Shown here: in pieces, positions 1-10,903 of the stretch
How positions within the stretch are numbered: the first letter of the stretch is position 1
Layout: each line of letters opens with the position of its first letter
Assembly: GCA_963818975.1 (NCBI GenBank)
Contig: CAWFUI010000015.1
Coordinates: forward strand, 230,979 to 294,978
Origin: an uncultured Planctomycetota bacterium
GTDB lineage: Bacteria > Planctomycetota > Planctomycetia > Isosphaerales > Isosphaeraceae
Direction of reading: 5' to 3'
DNA: 64,000 bases
Position numbers and translations under genes: made by a program
Notes under the pieces: generated by a model
Told to the model about the DNA's origin: nothing
The model's database searches: none
What the model saw: only the letters and a program-made list of their open reading frames with translations

Positions 1-766
1 GTCGGGCCAATACCTTCCCTTCAGGTTGAGAAAGGCAATGGGCGCCGTGGCGGGATCGACCTTGTGGCATTCTGAGATGAACGCATCTACTTCCGATGGA
101 CCGAACAATTGGTCTGGAGTGGCAAGGATGTTTCTCCGTATTTCCCTCGCGTCGAGGGTGAAGGGTCCATGGATCCACTCGGAGAAGGCTGCGGTCGAGG
201 ACGTTCCGTCTGAGACGTCTCGAGGTCCGACGGCGCCCTGGGCGCCGCCGTTTGGGAGCCAGGCGAAGTCGGCGGGGCCCGAAAACAGGCCGTTGAAGCC
301 CAGGGTCTGAGGCGTGTGGCCGAAGCAGCCTGCGTAATTGGTCCAACCCAAAGATCCTGGGGCTGGGAGCGCACAGCGGGTCCGACGGACAGAGTAGTTG
401 GGACAAAATGACGGTGTAGAACGTTTGGTTGGGCGAGCTCGGGCCCGCCCCCGCGACGGTCGGAGTGAAGTTGATTGTGTCGTAAAGAGGCCGCTGGTCG
501 AGATACGGCAGGAGGACGGCAAAGGGCGAAAACCCTCTCCCGTTGTAAGCCGCGGGGAAGACGTCGTACGACGAAACGTAGTTGTTGCAGGCGATGCCGA
601 GTTGCCTCAGATTGTTCGAGCAAAGGGTGCTCCGCGCCGACTCTCGCGCCGTTTGGACGGCGGGGATCAAAAGCGCTGCCAAGAGAGCGATGATGGTCAC
701 TACGACGACGAGCTCGATCAAAGTCAACCCGCGGCTATTGCGTTCCCCGGAGCAAGGTATGGTCAT
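1..766 (-). CDS. DUF1559-domain protein with prepilin-type N-terminal helix (type II pseudopilin-like); 3' end runs past window start; apparent 1-nt frameshift near 390-400
   Basis: Minus-strand translation from ATG at 766..764 gives [63 protein letters not shown]...LLCPSDP. The frame then slips by one base into [11 protein letters not shown]...[16 protein letters not shown], which are canonical DUF1559 motifs. The ATGA overlap with the upstream gene at 763-766 suggests translational coupling. Confidence 0.7.
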   Translation of the reverse strand, partial: MTIPCSGERNSRGLTLIELVVVVTIIALLAALLIPAVQTARESARSTLCSNNLRQLGIACNNYVSSYDVFPAAYNGRGFSPFAVLLPYLDQRPLYDTINFTPTVAGAGPSSPNQTFYTVILSQLLCPSDPLCAPSPRIFGLDQLRRLLRPHASDPGLQRPVFGPRRLRLAPKRRRPGRRRTSRRLRRNVLDRSLLRVDPWTLHPRREGNTEKHPCHSRPIVRSIGSRCVHLRMPQGRSRHGAHCLSQPEGKVLAR

Positions 767-1377
767 TGGACTTCGACCTCAATAGGATTTGAGGTGTAAC
801 GAAGGATTTCGAGGACTTCGAAGTCTTCGGTTTTTCTTCCCTTGTCGAGCATAATCGGTCGAAACGTCTCTGCCACCAACGAGTACGCGCCTGGTCGAGC
901 CGGTGCGGTGAGGGACGCCCTATAGAGGTAGACGTTTTCGGCTTCCTTCACGTTGGGCTCGGCGTTGAAGGCGTTAGCGATCACTCGACGGCCGTTCGCC
1001 TGGACGGCGCCCTCGAACCGGACCTGTACTTGCCCTGGACCATAACCGCCCGAGGCCACGGATGGCACGGTTACCCGGACAAGGCATTCCGACTTTCCGC
1101 CGCGCGAGAGCGTGGCTGGGGACTTTGGCCTTTCGATCTCGATGTGATACGGCGGGTATGGAGGTTCGAGCCTCGGATCGCCCGCTGGAAGAGGCCCGGG
1201 ACCGCCATAACGGAACGGCCTGCCGATGCTGCTGGCGTCCGTTTGAGATCGATGATGCCGACTCTGGTAGAACCAAAAGCAGAGGACTGCTGCTCCGGCG
1301 ACGAAGAATGATGCCAATCCCGCGAGAGCAAGCAGCCGTGCGCTCGAACGAGGCGCGTCGATCTTTATTGCACACAT
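763..1377 (-). CDS. hypothetical membrane-anchored protein (N-terminal hydrophobic helix, Pro/Gly-rich linker)
   Basis: 204-aa ORF starting [37 protein letters not shown]. Its stop overlaps the start of the downstream DUF1559 gene (ATGA). No recognisable domain. Confidence 0.5.
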   Translation of the reverse strand: MCAIKIDAPRSSARLLALAGLASFFVAGAAVLCFWFYQSRHHRSQTDASSIGRPFRYGGPGPLPAGDPRLEPPYPPYHIEIERPKSPATLSRGGKSECLVRVTVPSVASGGYGPGQVQVRFEGAVQANGRRVIANAFNAEPNVKEAENVYLYRASLTAPARPGAYSLVAETFRPIMLDKGRKTEDFEVLEILRYTSNPIEVEVQ

Positions 1378-1943
1378 ACAGGCGATACTCGCTGGCTGGG
1401 TGTCACGGTCCCTGAAATGCCGTAAGGCTGGCGGTTTCTGTGTTTTCCCAATGCCGTGTTTACTGTGCCCGGTCGATCGACAGATACGGATCTCCCAGAC
1501 GGGTCAGCCGCCAGAACTTCGTCCCGCCATTGGCATTTATTGCATCTTGGGGCGTGCCAGGTGCGTGCGATCCATATCACGAAACGCCGAAGCGATTCTC
1601 CGTCAGGGAACTCCTCCCAGGGTTCTGATGTGTTCGAAATGCGCGTGTGATGGGGCTCTAATGATCGGGCGCAAAGCTGCTCTCTCTCCCGCTCTCTCAT
1701 GTTCGCACCCCGCAGAACAGAAATGGGGCCGAGAATGGCCCGCCCGCGATGGGACAGACCGCTCGACATCTTGAGCGATAGGTGGGAGGAGGGTGCGAGC
1801 GCCATGGTAGGTCAGCCGACCGGCCTTGGTCAAGTCGATGGACCTTACGCCTCGTTGAAATCTTGACATCTACTGGCAGAGGCCCTCGCCTCGCGTTCAA
1901 GGGGGCGCTCCGAAGATTCTGCTGCACATTTCGGAATGACGTC

Positions 1944-3959
1944 TCAAGAGCTCGGAGGCGCCTTGAGCAGTCGCTCGATGGCGGCTTTCAAGTCGTCGAA
2001 CGCGATCGGCTTGGTGAGAATGGTTCGAAATCCCGCTGATCGGACGACGCCAAGCTCGAGGCTTCCATCCCAGCCCGTGAGCGCCACGCCTTTGATGTTG
2101 GTCTTGCTCTTGAGCGTTTTCATGAGCTCGGCGCCGCTGATTCCGGGAAGCGAGAGGTCGCAGAGCAGGAGGTCGAATTCGCGAATGGCGGCGAGCTTCA
2201 AAGCCTCTTCGGCGTTGGGCGCCGACGAGACCTCGTGGCCAATCTTATAAAGCAGTCCCGCAAGGATGCCTCTGGTGTCGTCGTCGTCCTCGACGAGGAG
2301 AATGCGAGACGACTTTGGAGGAGCATCGGCGTCTTCGTCTTCAAGTCTCTTTTGGTTTTGCTTTTCGGAAGCAAGAGCGAAGACGTTGAGCTCGATCGTG
2401 AAGACGGCGCCTTTGTCCCTTCCTTCGCTGTGTGCGTGGATCGATCCTCCGTGGGCGACGACGATGGCCTTGCAGATCGAGAGACCAAGGCCCAGTCCCG
2501 AAGGGCCCCTTATCCTGGCGATTGCGCCTTGTTCAAAAGATTCGAAAATCCTCTCGAGCGCCCCGGCTTCGACGCCAACGCCGTTGTCCCTGATCTCGAG
2601 CCTCCAGATCGGAGGCCCAGAAGGGTCTTTGGCGTTGCTCTGGTTGGACGATCGAATCTCGATTGTGCCGCCGGAGGGAGTGTATTTGATTGCGTTCTGG
2701 AGCATGTTCCAGACGACCTGCATGATCCTCGCAGGATCGGCGCGGGCGATGTTCTGAACCGCCTGAAGCTCGAGACGGAGCTCGAGGTTTCCTTGCTCCG
2801 CGCTTTCGCGACAAATTTCGACGGCTCGCTTGACAACTTCGCGCAGATCAACGGTCTCGAGCTTTAAGGTCAGCTTGTCTTCGCGGATGCGGCTGACGTC
2901 CAAAAGGTCTTCGATCAGTCGCGATTCGAGCTCGACGTTTCGCTTGACGACCTCGAGCGCCTTCCTCACCGAGGCGTCGATGTGCGTCGAGCCCAGCAGC
3001 GAAGTAACCGAAGCGAGAATGGGGGTCAGGGGGGTTCTCAGTTCATGGCTCAGCATTGCGATGAAGCGGTCCTTGGCCCGATTTGCCGCCTCAGCCTCGC
3101 GCCTGGCGATGAGTTCGCTCTGGTGCGTGCGGTCTCGTTCCATCTCCACTTGGACGCGTGCGGAAACGTCGGTGGCCATGACCAGCCGAGCCAATCGGAC
3201 GCCAAATTCCATGGCGCTCGAGACGACCTCGGTGTGAAACTTGGAGCCGTCTTTCCGCCTGTGCTTCCAGATCCCCGCGTGATGTTCCTTCAAGGGGATC
3301 GATTCTCGCACAGCCGCCTTGACCGCGGCCTCTTCTTTCGGATCCCTGATGTCGAGGATCGTCATTCCCATGAATTCTTGATGTGTATATCCATAATTTC
3401 GGACGGCGGCGGCGTTCACCGCGAGGAAGCGGAGCGTTTCGACGTCGTAAACCCACATCGGCTGGGGGTTCTCGTCGAAAAGCAGGCGGTAGCGCTGCTC
3501 CCCCAGCCGGTTCCTTTCGGCTTCCAATTTGGCCTTCTGGGTGGCCCTCCTGAGTAACTCGACCACGGAGACCATGGTGAGGCCCTCGAGCTGCATTAGA
3601 ACGAAGCGCACAATCCGCCATGTTGGCATATCATATTGCCAGGTGATGATCGTGAGTAAGATGATCGCCACGATCGCCGGGGGAGTCCCGCCGACCAAGG
3701 CCGTCGAAACAATGATGAAAAAATAGAGAACAAGGAGCGTCCCGCCCTCTTCGAGGAAGGGGAAGAAATCGAGCGCGACGGACGTTGCGTACATCGTGAT
3801 CAAGGCCACGACCAAGCCTGCGAGTTGCCTGCGCCAGTGGATTCGAGGTCTATGCGATTCAGGCGCCGACGTCCCGGCGGGCAAAGCTATTCCGCCGTAT
3901 TCGGACTCCAGAAAGCCGGGCGCGGCGCGCATTGGACTTCCGGGTTGGTGCGCGACCAT
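1944..3959 (-). CDS. hybrid sensor histidine kinase / response regulator (N-terminal TM segments, PAS, HisKA, HATPase_c, C-terminal REC)
   Basis: Motifs: MLSHELRTPLTPI (H-box), NAIKYT...DNGVGV...GLGLGLSICK (N/G boxes), and C-terminal ILLVEDDDDTRGILAGLL...DLLLCDLSLPGISG (receiver). The ORF is open to 4166, but 3960-4166 is low-GC and looks non-coding, so the start is placed at the internal Met (MVAHQPGS). Confidence 0.85.
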   Translation of the reverse strand: MVAHQPGSPMRAAPGFLESEYGGIALPAGTSAPESHRPRIHWRRQLAGLVVALITMYATSVALDFFPFLEEGGTLLVLYFFIIVSTALVGGTPPAIVAIILLTIITWQYDMPTWRIVRFVLMQLEGLTMVSVVELLRRATQKAKLEAERNRLGEQRYRLLFDENPQPMWVYDVETLRFLAVNAAAVRNYGYTHQEFMGMTILDIRDPKEEAAVKAAVRESIPLKEHHAGIWKHRRKDGSKFHTEVVSSAMEFGVRLARLVMATDVSARVQVEMERDRTHQSELIARREAEAANRAKDRFIAMLSHELRTPLTPILASVTSLLGSTHIDASVRKALEVVKRNVELESRLIEDLLDVSRIREDKLTLKLETVDLREVVKRAVEICRESAEQGNLELRLELQAVQNIARADPARIMQVVWNMLQNAIKYTPSGGTIEIRSSNQSNAKDPSGPPIWRLEIRDNGVGVEAGALERIFESFEQGAIARIRGPSGLGLGLSICKAIVVAHGGSIHAHSEGRDKGAVFTIELNVFALASEKQNQKRLEDEDADAPPKSSRILLVEDDDDTRGILAGLLYKIGHEVSSAPNAEEALKLAAIREFDLLLCDLSLPGISGAELMKTLKSKTNIKGVALTGWDGSLELGVVRSAGFRTILTKPIAFDDLKAAIERLLKAPPSS

Positions 3960-4322
3960 GGGTTTCCTAGACGAACTATGCCTATCGACCACTGAATCGA
4001 ACGGCCAAGGACTAGTACTAATGAGAAGCTTCGTCATTGCCCAGTAATGACGACAAGCAACACGACGCTTGATGAGCGCCCCAAGGTGTAGGACGCGAGC
4101 TTTGACCCGAAGCCGGCCAGTCAAGGACTGAGATTCGTCCTTGAAGGGCTCCGGCGGCAACTCCACTTAACCGGCACATTAAGCTATTGTAGGCGATGCA
4201 GGCAAGTGAGCGATCTTCGATCTTTCGATCTTTGCCAAGAATGTTGCGGAGAGCAGGCGCGCAGGTGCGTTTGGACCCACAATGGCAGGCCCAAGAGACT
4301 CACTTGGAAAGCCGGCCTTGCT

Positions 4323-6864
4323 TCAGACTTTCCGTTGCGGTCTCGTGCTGTGCGAGATCGAACGCTGTTTGTCGTAATGCGACCTCGAGGAGGTCCGACC
4401 ACCTTTGGTTTTGACGAGTCTCGGTTTCTCGGACGGCGTCTTCACCTTTGCGAAGAGTCGAGGGACTACGTCGTCCAAGGTGTCGATCAAGGGAAAGGAG
4501 ACGTCGGCCTTGACCTCGGCGGGCAGGTCCGCCAGATCCTTGGCGTTGAGCCTGGGGATGAGCACGGTCTTGATGCCCGCTCGGCGGGCGGCGAGCGCTT
4601 TCTCGCGCACTCCCCCGACCGGCAAAACGCGCCCGGTGAGGGTGACTTCGCCGGTCATGGCAAGGGTTTGAATGATGGGCTCCTTGCGGAACAAGCTTAC
4701 TAGCGCCGCGGCAAGAGCCACTCCCGCGGAAGGGCCGTCCTTGGGGACGGCGCCTGCTGGTACGTGTATATGTACATCTGTATTACGAAATTTCGCCGGA
4801 TCCAGGCCCAGTATCTGCGCGTGGCTCTTGAGATAAGAAAGCGCCGCGTGGCGCTTTCCTTCATGCTTTCGCCGAGCAGTCCCGTGAGCGCCAGCGCCCC
4901 CTTGCCGGGCATTCCGGTGGCCTCGATGAAGAGGATTTCACCTCCGGCGGGGGTCCAGGCCAGGCCGGTGGCAACGCCTGGCAGATTTCCCGAGGCGGCG
5001 ATCTCTCGGAAGTATTTCGGAGGGCCCAGAGATTCCGCAATCTTCTCGGCGCCGATCGGCGCGACAATGCGCTTGCCCTCGGCGAACCTGCGAGCGGCCT
5101 TGCGGCAGATGGTCGCGATCTCTCGCTCCATGTTTCGCAAGCCCGCCTCGCGCGTGTAGTCGACGATGACCCTGCGGATCGCGTCGTCGCTCATGACCAG
5201 GGCTTCGGCGCAAGCCCATGCGCGTCGAGTTGCTTGGGAATGATGAACTTCTTGGCGATGAGAGTCTTTTCTTCTTCGCTGTAGCCGGGAAGCTCGAGAA
5301 CTTCCATGCGATCCAAGAGCGCGGGAGGAATCGTCTCCAGCATGTTCGCCGTGGCGATGAACATCACTTTCGAGAGGTCGAAATCGACGTCGAGGTAGTG
5401 GTCGCGGAACGTCGAGTTCTGCTCGGGATCGAGCACTTCCAAGAGCGCGGCCGAGGGGTCTCCTCGGAAATCATGACCCAGTTTGTCCACTTCGTCGAGC
5501 ATGAAGACAGGGTTGTTCGTGCCTGCCTTGCGCACGCCCTGAATGATCCTTCCAGGCATGGCCGCCACGTAGGTGCGCCTGTGGCCTCGAATCTCGGCTT
5601 CGTCGTGCACTCCGCCCAAACTGATCCGGACGAATTGTCTGCCCAAAGCCAAGGCAATGCTCTTGCCGAGAGAGGTTTTGCCCGTTCCCGGCGGCCCAGC
5701 GAAGCAAAGAATCGGGCCTTTCATGTCTTTCTTCAGCTTCCGAACGGCGAGATATTCGAGGATCCGTTCCTTCACCTTCTCGAGGTTGTAGTGGTCCGCG
5801 TCGAGGGTTCTCTTGGCTTTGCGGAGGTCGAGCCTGTCCTTGCTTTCCTTCTTCCACGGCAGAGTGGCCAGCCAATCGAGATATGTCCGAATGACTGAGA
5901 ACTCCGCCGAGCTCGGGTGCATACCGTTCAAGCGGTCGAGCTCTCGCTTGGCTTCGACGAGCGCTTCGTCGGGAAGCTGCGCTTTCTCGATTCGGGTCCA
6001 GAGCTCGTCGGATTCGCTGTTCTCTCGCTCGCCGTCTCCCAGTTCCTCGTGGATGGCCTTGATCTGCTGACGCAGGAAGTGGTCGCGTTGGGCCTTCGAG
6101 AGTTCACTGCCGACCTGGTCCTGGATCTTGCTCGAAAGCTCGAGGATCTTGTTTTGCCTGTCGAGAAACTGTCCCAGTCGAAACAGCCGCGCCCGGACGT
6201 CGATCTGCTGGAGCAATTCTTGCTTCTCTTCGACGGAAAACGGCAAACTCGAGGCGAGCAGGTCGGCCAATCTGCCGGGCTCTGGGGTATTCATTGCGGC
6301 AACCTGAAGGTCTTCAGGCACTTGCTGGCTCTGCTCGACGATCCGTTGGAATTGTTTCAGTACGTGGTGCACAAGGGCGTCGGTTTCGAGCCCGGGCTGG
6401 ACGACGTCCTCCAGCGGCTTCACCCTGGCGACCAAATAGGGGGTGGTTTGAACCAGCTCGACAATTTTGCCCCTGGCAAGTCCCTGCGAGACGATCCGGG
6501 TGGTTCCGTCCGGGAATTTGAGCATCTTCAATATTGAGCCGATGCAAATCCATTCGTGCAAATCCTCGACCTTCGGTTCTTCCCGGCTTTGGTTTTTGCG
6601 GGTGACGAGGCCGAGGACTTTGTGTCCGGAGTTGACTTCGTCGACGAGCCTAATGCCCGAGGGCCGATCGACAACGAGTGGGACGACGGTTTGAGGAAAG
6701 ACGACCTCTCCCGAGAGCGGCAGCAGCGGGATCAGATCCGGCATTTCGTCTTCAGTGGAGCTCGAGCTCACGAACGGCTCTGGGCCGACGGCGCGAACCG
6801 ATTTGCTTCGAGTGGTCGTTCGTCTCTTGCCGGTGGAAGTGCGCCGCTTTGGAGTCTTCGCCAT
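4323..6864 (-). CDS. lon: ATP-dependent Lon protease (LON N-domain, AAA+ ATPase, S16 protease domain); two apparent 1-nt frameshifts (~5193 and ~4848)
   Basis: The gene is split over three track ORFs. It has Walker A GPPGTGKTS and ...YTREAGLRNMEREI... The true frame continues as ALSYLKSHAQILGLDPAKFRNTDVHIHVPAGAVPKDGPSAGVALAAALVSL (catalytic Ser in the PKDGPSAG motif). Restoring one base in a C-run (5193) and a G-run (~4848) rejoins the protein. Confidence 0.9.
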
Positions 6865-7299
6865 ATGAGGTTCAATTATCTATCAAGGAAAATAGCGTTC
6901 CAGTGGACCGGTTTTGCCCCGGCCCGCGACCGGGTTGCAAAGGATTGTCGATGAGTGCGCGCCGAAAAGAAAGAGGCGGCTTTGACCCGCCGCGACTCAC
7001 GGTTCCCAATGAAGGCGCCGGCGCCTCCCTACATCTCGCCTTACACCATCAATTCTATACGACGATCAAGGCTTGCCCAAACGTTCGTCTCGAATTGTTG
7101 GGGAATCGAGGAGTGAGCCTGCTGCGCCGACTGAGCGACGACGACTCGCCTTGAAGAAATCCAGTGCAGAACTACGATCGGCCGCGCCGGCCGTCGATGC
7201 CAAGGCAAATGACGTTGTTCACGGCAATCTCCCGAGCGTTGGTGCGATCGTGTCGCTCGTTCTGGTCGTAGGATCGAAATTGTCGCGGCGAGACCGAGT

Positions 7300-7518
7300 T
7301 CACGCCGCACTCTCGGGCAGGCTCGAGTCGAACATCCGCGCCAATTCACTCACGGCGTCGCGGAGCTCGTCCGGAAGCTCGCACGCCAAGGAAACTGTCG
7401 GCTCCCCTGCGTAAATCCCGATCGTACCGCACAATTGCCGCGCGTAAGCCTCGATTAGCTCTCCCGAAGACCTCCGCGTCAAACCTGAATCTTTCGTGAC
7501 ACGTTTACGTTGAGACAT
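7300..7518 (-). CDS. small hypothetical protein (72 aa)
   Basis: ORF MSQRKRVTKDSGLTRRSSGELIEAYARQLCGTIGIYAGEPTVSLACELPDELRDAVSELARMFDSSLPESAA lies between the DUF1559-domain gene and lon. There is no domain match, and a plus-strand ORF overlaps it, so this call is weak. Confidence 0.25.
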   Translation of the reverse strand: MSQRKRVTKDSGLTRRSSGELIEAYARQLCGTIGIYAGEPTVSLACELPDELRDAVSELARMFDSSLPESAA

Positions 7519-7720
7519 CCGGAAAGCTCCAATTGAAGTATCCAAGCATCGCCTCTGCCCAACCTTCCAAGGCAAATCTCTTTATACAGTAATGCGCCCC
7601 TTTTCGCAATCCCGGATTCGCAATATTATTGGCGTTTTTCGCTTCAATTGCTCCAAAAAAAGAAAGACCGAGGCCTGGATATCGGCCTCGGTCCTGGTTG
7701 TGGCAGGCCTTGCAGGGTTC

Positions 7721-9253
7721 TCAATAATCGTCGGAGTTGATCACCTCGCCGCCGTTTTTGGTCAGGAGGCTGAGCAAGACCATCGGATTGACCGACGCCT
7801 TCAAGAATCGGACGCCGCCGTCGGCGAAACAGACGTTCGTCCCGTCGGAATGATGCCCAAACAGGCCTTTTACTGGATCGGCGTCGTTGATTTCCCAATC
7901 GTCGGGCTTGGTCCAAACCACGGCCGCCTGATCGCCGGCGTCGACGATCATGATCGTGTTCGAAGTGCCGTCGGTGATTTCCTCGAGCTTGACGCCAAGG
8001 TTGCCAGGGAAGATCGATTGTTTCGATCGTGGAGTCAGGTAGGTGGACTTGCCTTCGGCGGTCAATTTGCCTGCTTCGTCCGGACAGGCGAATATCGCCG
8101 GCATCTTGGAAACCAGGGGCTTGTTGTGCGGACTGTCCCAGGGCTCGTCGAGGTGGAACTCGTTGTAAAGAGCTTGCTGATCGAGGTAAGGCAAAAGCAG
8201 TACGCGCCAGCTCAGGTGCGGTTTGCCGGTCTTATCGGAAGTGTAAGCTCCTGGGAAACGTCCGTTGCTGTGGGCGAAGTTATGCATCGCCAGGGCGAGC
8301 TGTTTGAGATTATTGGTGCAGAGCGACCTCCGCGAGGCCTCGCGCGCTTGTTCAACGGGAACCCTGACGAGTGCGGAGGCCTTATCCAGATCGAACGCCA
8401 TGCTGATTCGACCGGCGTCGATTTGAGGTTCGACCTTCCCCAGTTCCTTGACGACGGCGTTGAGCTTGGGTTTGTCAGCACTCAATTTTTCACCAAGTTT
8501 GAAAGCGTTTTTGCCCAATTCGACGAGCGCCTTCGCCGAGCTTTCGTCCTTGGCTGAGACGACGAGTTGGAGCGTAGGCTTAGGGTCGATCTCGATCGCG
8601 GCGGAGGCCCAGTTCAGCCCCTTTGTGATCGGCGTTGCACTGCCGCCTCCGAGCTCGGCGGGAAGTTCGGGAAGCGATTCCTCGAGGACGCGCCGTTGCG
8701 TGTCGCTGGGAACAATCACCACCTGTACGGCGGCTTTGGAGAAGACCGAGAGCGCTGCGGAAACCTCGGGCCGATTTGCCGGTTTGGCGTTTTTGACGCG
8801 TTCGATGGCTTCCGCGCTGGCCCCAACGACCATTCCCCGTATCACCGCTGAGGCTGGCCAATGTACTGGCGATTTGGGATCGGCCTTGCCTTCCAGCAAC
8901 GAGGCGACCGCCTGCGGGTCGCCTCCCGAGCCCATCGAGACGACGACCACTGGAGCGCCTGGAACGTCCATTGGGTCGATCAGGAGGTAGAGCTGTTTAC
9001 CCCCCTTTTGCGTGATCGCTTTGATGAGGGACGCAGCCTTCTCGAGAGCGTCCTTGGTCTGACCGGGTTCCTTGACGCCGTCCCCCAAGATCTTGATTCC
9101 CAGAGCCGTCGGATCGAACTTTTCGAGGTCGATCCTGACGATCGCCGCGGTCTCTTCTCCGGCGAAAGAAGCGATCGGTTCCTGGCCCGACGCCGAGGCG
9201 GCCGAGGCCAGCCAAGCCGTGGACACAACTAGCAATGTTGCCCTGCGCATCAT
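7721..9253 (-). CDS. secreted protein with C-terminal DUF1559 domain but Sec signal peptide plus ~290-aa unknown N-terminal domain instead of the usual prepilin helix
   Basis: N-terminus MMRRATLLVVSTAWLASAASASGQEP (signal peptide). The C-terminal half reads SRRSLCTNNLKQLALAMHNF...SWRVLLLPYLDQQALYNEFHLDEPWDSP...ITDGTSNTIMIVD...HHSDGTNVCFADGGVRFL...LLTKNGGEVINSDDY, a complete DUF1559 signature. Confidence 0.75.
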   Translation of the reverse strand: MMRRATLLVVSTAWLASAASASGQEPIASFAGEETAAIVRIDLEKFDPTALGIKILGDGVKEPGQTKDALEKAASLIKAITQKGGKQLYLLIDPMDVPGAPVVVVSMGSGGDPQAVASLLEGKADPKSPVHWPASAVIRGMVVGASAEAIERVKNAKPANRPEVSAALSVFSKAAVQVVIVPSDTQRRVLEESLPELPAELGGGSATPITKGLNWASAAIEIDPKPTLQLVVSAKDESSAKALVELGKNAFKLGEKLSADKPKLNAVVKELGKVEPQIDAGRISMAFDLDKASALVRVPVEQAREASRRSLCTNNLKQLALAMHNFAHSNGRFPGAYTSDKTGKPHLSWRVLLLPYLDQQALYNEFHLDEPWDSPHNKPLVSKMPAIFACPDEAGKLTAEGKSTYLTPRSKQSIFPGNLGVKLEEITDGTSNTIMIVDAGDQAAVVWTKPDDWEINDADPVKGLFGHHSDGTNVCFADGGVRFLKASVNPMVLLSLLTKNGGEVINSDDY

Positions 9254-9301
9254 ATTGAAGTCTCCTGTCGTACGGTAAACGGTGATGATTTCAATCGCCG
9301 A

Positions 9302-10903
9302 TTATTTGGCGATCTTGATTTCGTAGAGAATCGCGTATGTGGGATGGTCTGGGCCTCCGGGAACGATCGGTCCGAAGAGGGTGGCGACTTTGTCGACGAC
9401 TTTGTATTCGAACGGTTTGCCTGTGGCGCAGTCGATGGGCGCCGGGGAATCGACGAGCGCGTCGAGAGAAGCAGGCAATTCGCCTCCGGCGCCAGCGGCG
9501 TAGAGTCGTAGACCCTCAACGCACTGGAGCGCGTCCAACTTACGTTCGAAGCGGACCGAGGCCAGGCGAGCGCTCTGCACTGCGGGCATCAGCAGCGAGA
9601 AAATTGTCGCCAACGGGTTCGTGGTCTTCTGCGTGGAGAACCCGCTCCACGCGTCGATCATACCCTTGTACGATTGCCAGTAAGGCAGGCTGTTCCATTT
9701 GAAGGCGTTGTCGCGGAATTCGGAGTACGTCTGGATGGCGTAGAGCGTGGCCGCCTGGACCGTTGGCATGGCCTCGACCGTTGCCGCGGGCCTTCCCTGG
9801 GCGATGAGCGCTGCCTTCGCCTCCGGGTAGATTTTGGCGATGATGCCCGCCATGACGAGTCGGGCCTGGAACGCGTTTAGGCTTGGTTTGCCTCCACTGC
9901 CGCCGCCGGGTTTGCCCAGAACCGGCGATTCGGTCAAGGCTGCGAGTTTGGTTTGCATCTCGTCCAGGAAGCGGCGGGCGTGCTCGGTCGACCACGGTTC
10001 GCCGTCGAGTTCTCGCAGATCGGGAAGTTCGCGCTCGAGCATGAATCGTTCGTTGTCGAAGGCGAATGATTGGTTGACGAACGGCCTGGGCCTGGTTGCC
10101 AGAGCCCAGTACAAATTCGGGGCGCCCTTCTGCTGGATGAACTCCTCGACGTCCACGAGCATGATTTGGCTCATCGCCAAGCCGACGAGCGTTTGGATGA
10201 GAAACGATCCGTCGCCAACGTGTCTGCCCATCGCCATTCCTACCTGAATCCAGTGCATCGCTTCGTCGAATTTCTTTTCGGCGATTGCCAGTCGGGCTCT
10301 CAGAGAGACCAATCTGCCAAGTGAGCGCATCTCCTGGATTTCCGGCAAGAGCAGGTAATAGCCTTCCTTTCGCGAGTCGAATTCCCAGTCGCAGCTTTTT
10401 CGTAAGGCGCCAAGCTCGATCTCATTGAGGACGTTGGCGGATTCCGAGACGACTTTGCGGACGTCGTCGAGAGGCAGTTCACTCAGAGGCTTCGACAGCC
10501 AATTGTGGATCTTCACGTCCTGGCTCTCGCGCTTCGGCTGGCCAGCCGCCGGCGCCGGCTTTTTCTGATCCTCGAGGAGCTTGGCCTCCTCGATAAGCTT
10601 GGCCGACCGCCGCTCGATGAGCATCTGGATCGCCCTGTGGTAGAAGATCGCGGCGTTTCCAGCGACCAACTCCTGCCTCGAAGGAACGAGCGAATACTTG
10701 AGCGCCGGCTTGGGCGCCTTGGAGGGCGTGACGACCAGAATCGTCGGCTTGAGCTCGGGCTTGGGGGGAGGCTGGCCCGGGGCGACTTTCGACTGAATCC
10801 CCTGGATCTGACAGTAGGCGGGCCTGGGGAACGCAAGGCCAGTCGAGACCCCACAAATCGTCCAAACGAGTGCGGAGCCGATAACGAGGGACGTCCGATT
10901 CAT
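9302..10903 (-). CDS. hypothetical secreted protein (~533 aa)
   Basis: The internal Met gives the signal peptide MNRTSLVIGSALVWTICGVSTGLA. There is an ATGA overlap with the upstream anti-sigma gene at 10900-10903. No recognisable domain. Confidence 0.55.
   Translation of the reverse strand: MNRTSLVIGSALVWTICGVSTGLAFPRPAYCQIQGIQSKVAPGQPPPKPELKPTILVVTPSKAPKPALKYSLVPSRQELVAGNAAIFYHRAIQMLIERRSAKLIEEAKLLEDQKKPAPAAGQPKRESQDVKIHNWLSKPLSELPLDDVRKVVSESANVLNEIELGALRKSCDWEFDSRKEGYYLLLPEIQEMRSLGRLVSLRARLAIAEKKFDEAMHWIQVGMAMGRHVGDGSFLIQTLVGLAMSQIMLVDVEEFIQQKGAPNLYWALATRPRPFVNQSFAFDNERFMLERELPDLRELDGEPWSTEHARRFLDEMQTKLAALTESPVLGKPGGGSGGKPSLNAFQARLVMAGIIAKIYPEAKAALIAQGRPAATVEAMPTVQAATLYAIQTYSEFRDNAFKWNSLPYWQSYKGMIDAWSGFSTQKTTNPLATIFSLLMPAVQSARLASVRFERKLDALQCVEGLRLYAAGAGGELPASLDALVDSPAPIDCATGKPFEYKVVDKVATLFGPIVPGGPDHPTYAILYEIKIAK

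Noticed and set aside
3960-4166. N-terminal 69-aa extension of the histidine kinase ORF
   Set aside because: The region has atypically low GC and no coding signature. An internal Met precedes the first TM helix, so the extension is probably untranslated leader.
4740-4800. AT-rich patch (gtatatgtacatctgtattacgaaatttcg) inside the lon gene that looked like an insertion
   Set aside because: In the correct frame it encodes the conserved Lon segment RNTDVHIHVPAG. It is just local codon choice, not foreign DNA.
5218-5898. 226-aa plus-strand ORF inside lon, and similar ORFs at 8448..8990, 19906..20943, 17576..18571 and 35960..37159
   Set aside because: All lie antisense or out of frame within genes whose products have strong conserved signatures. 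The translations are low-complexity.
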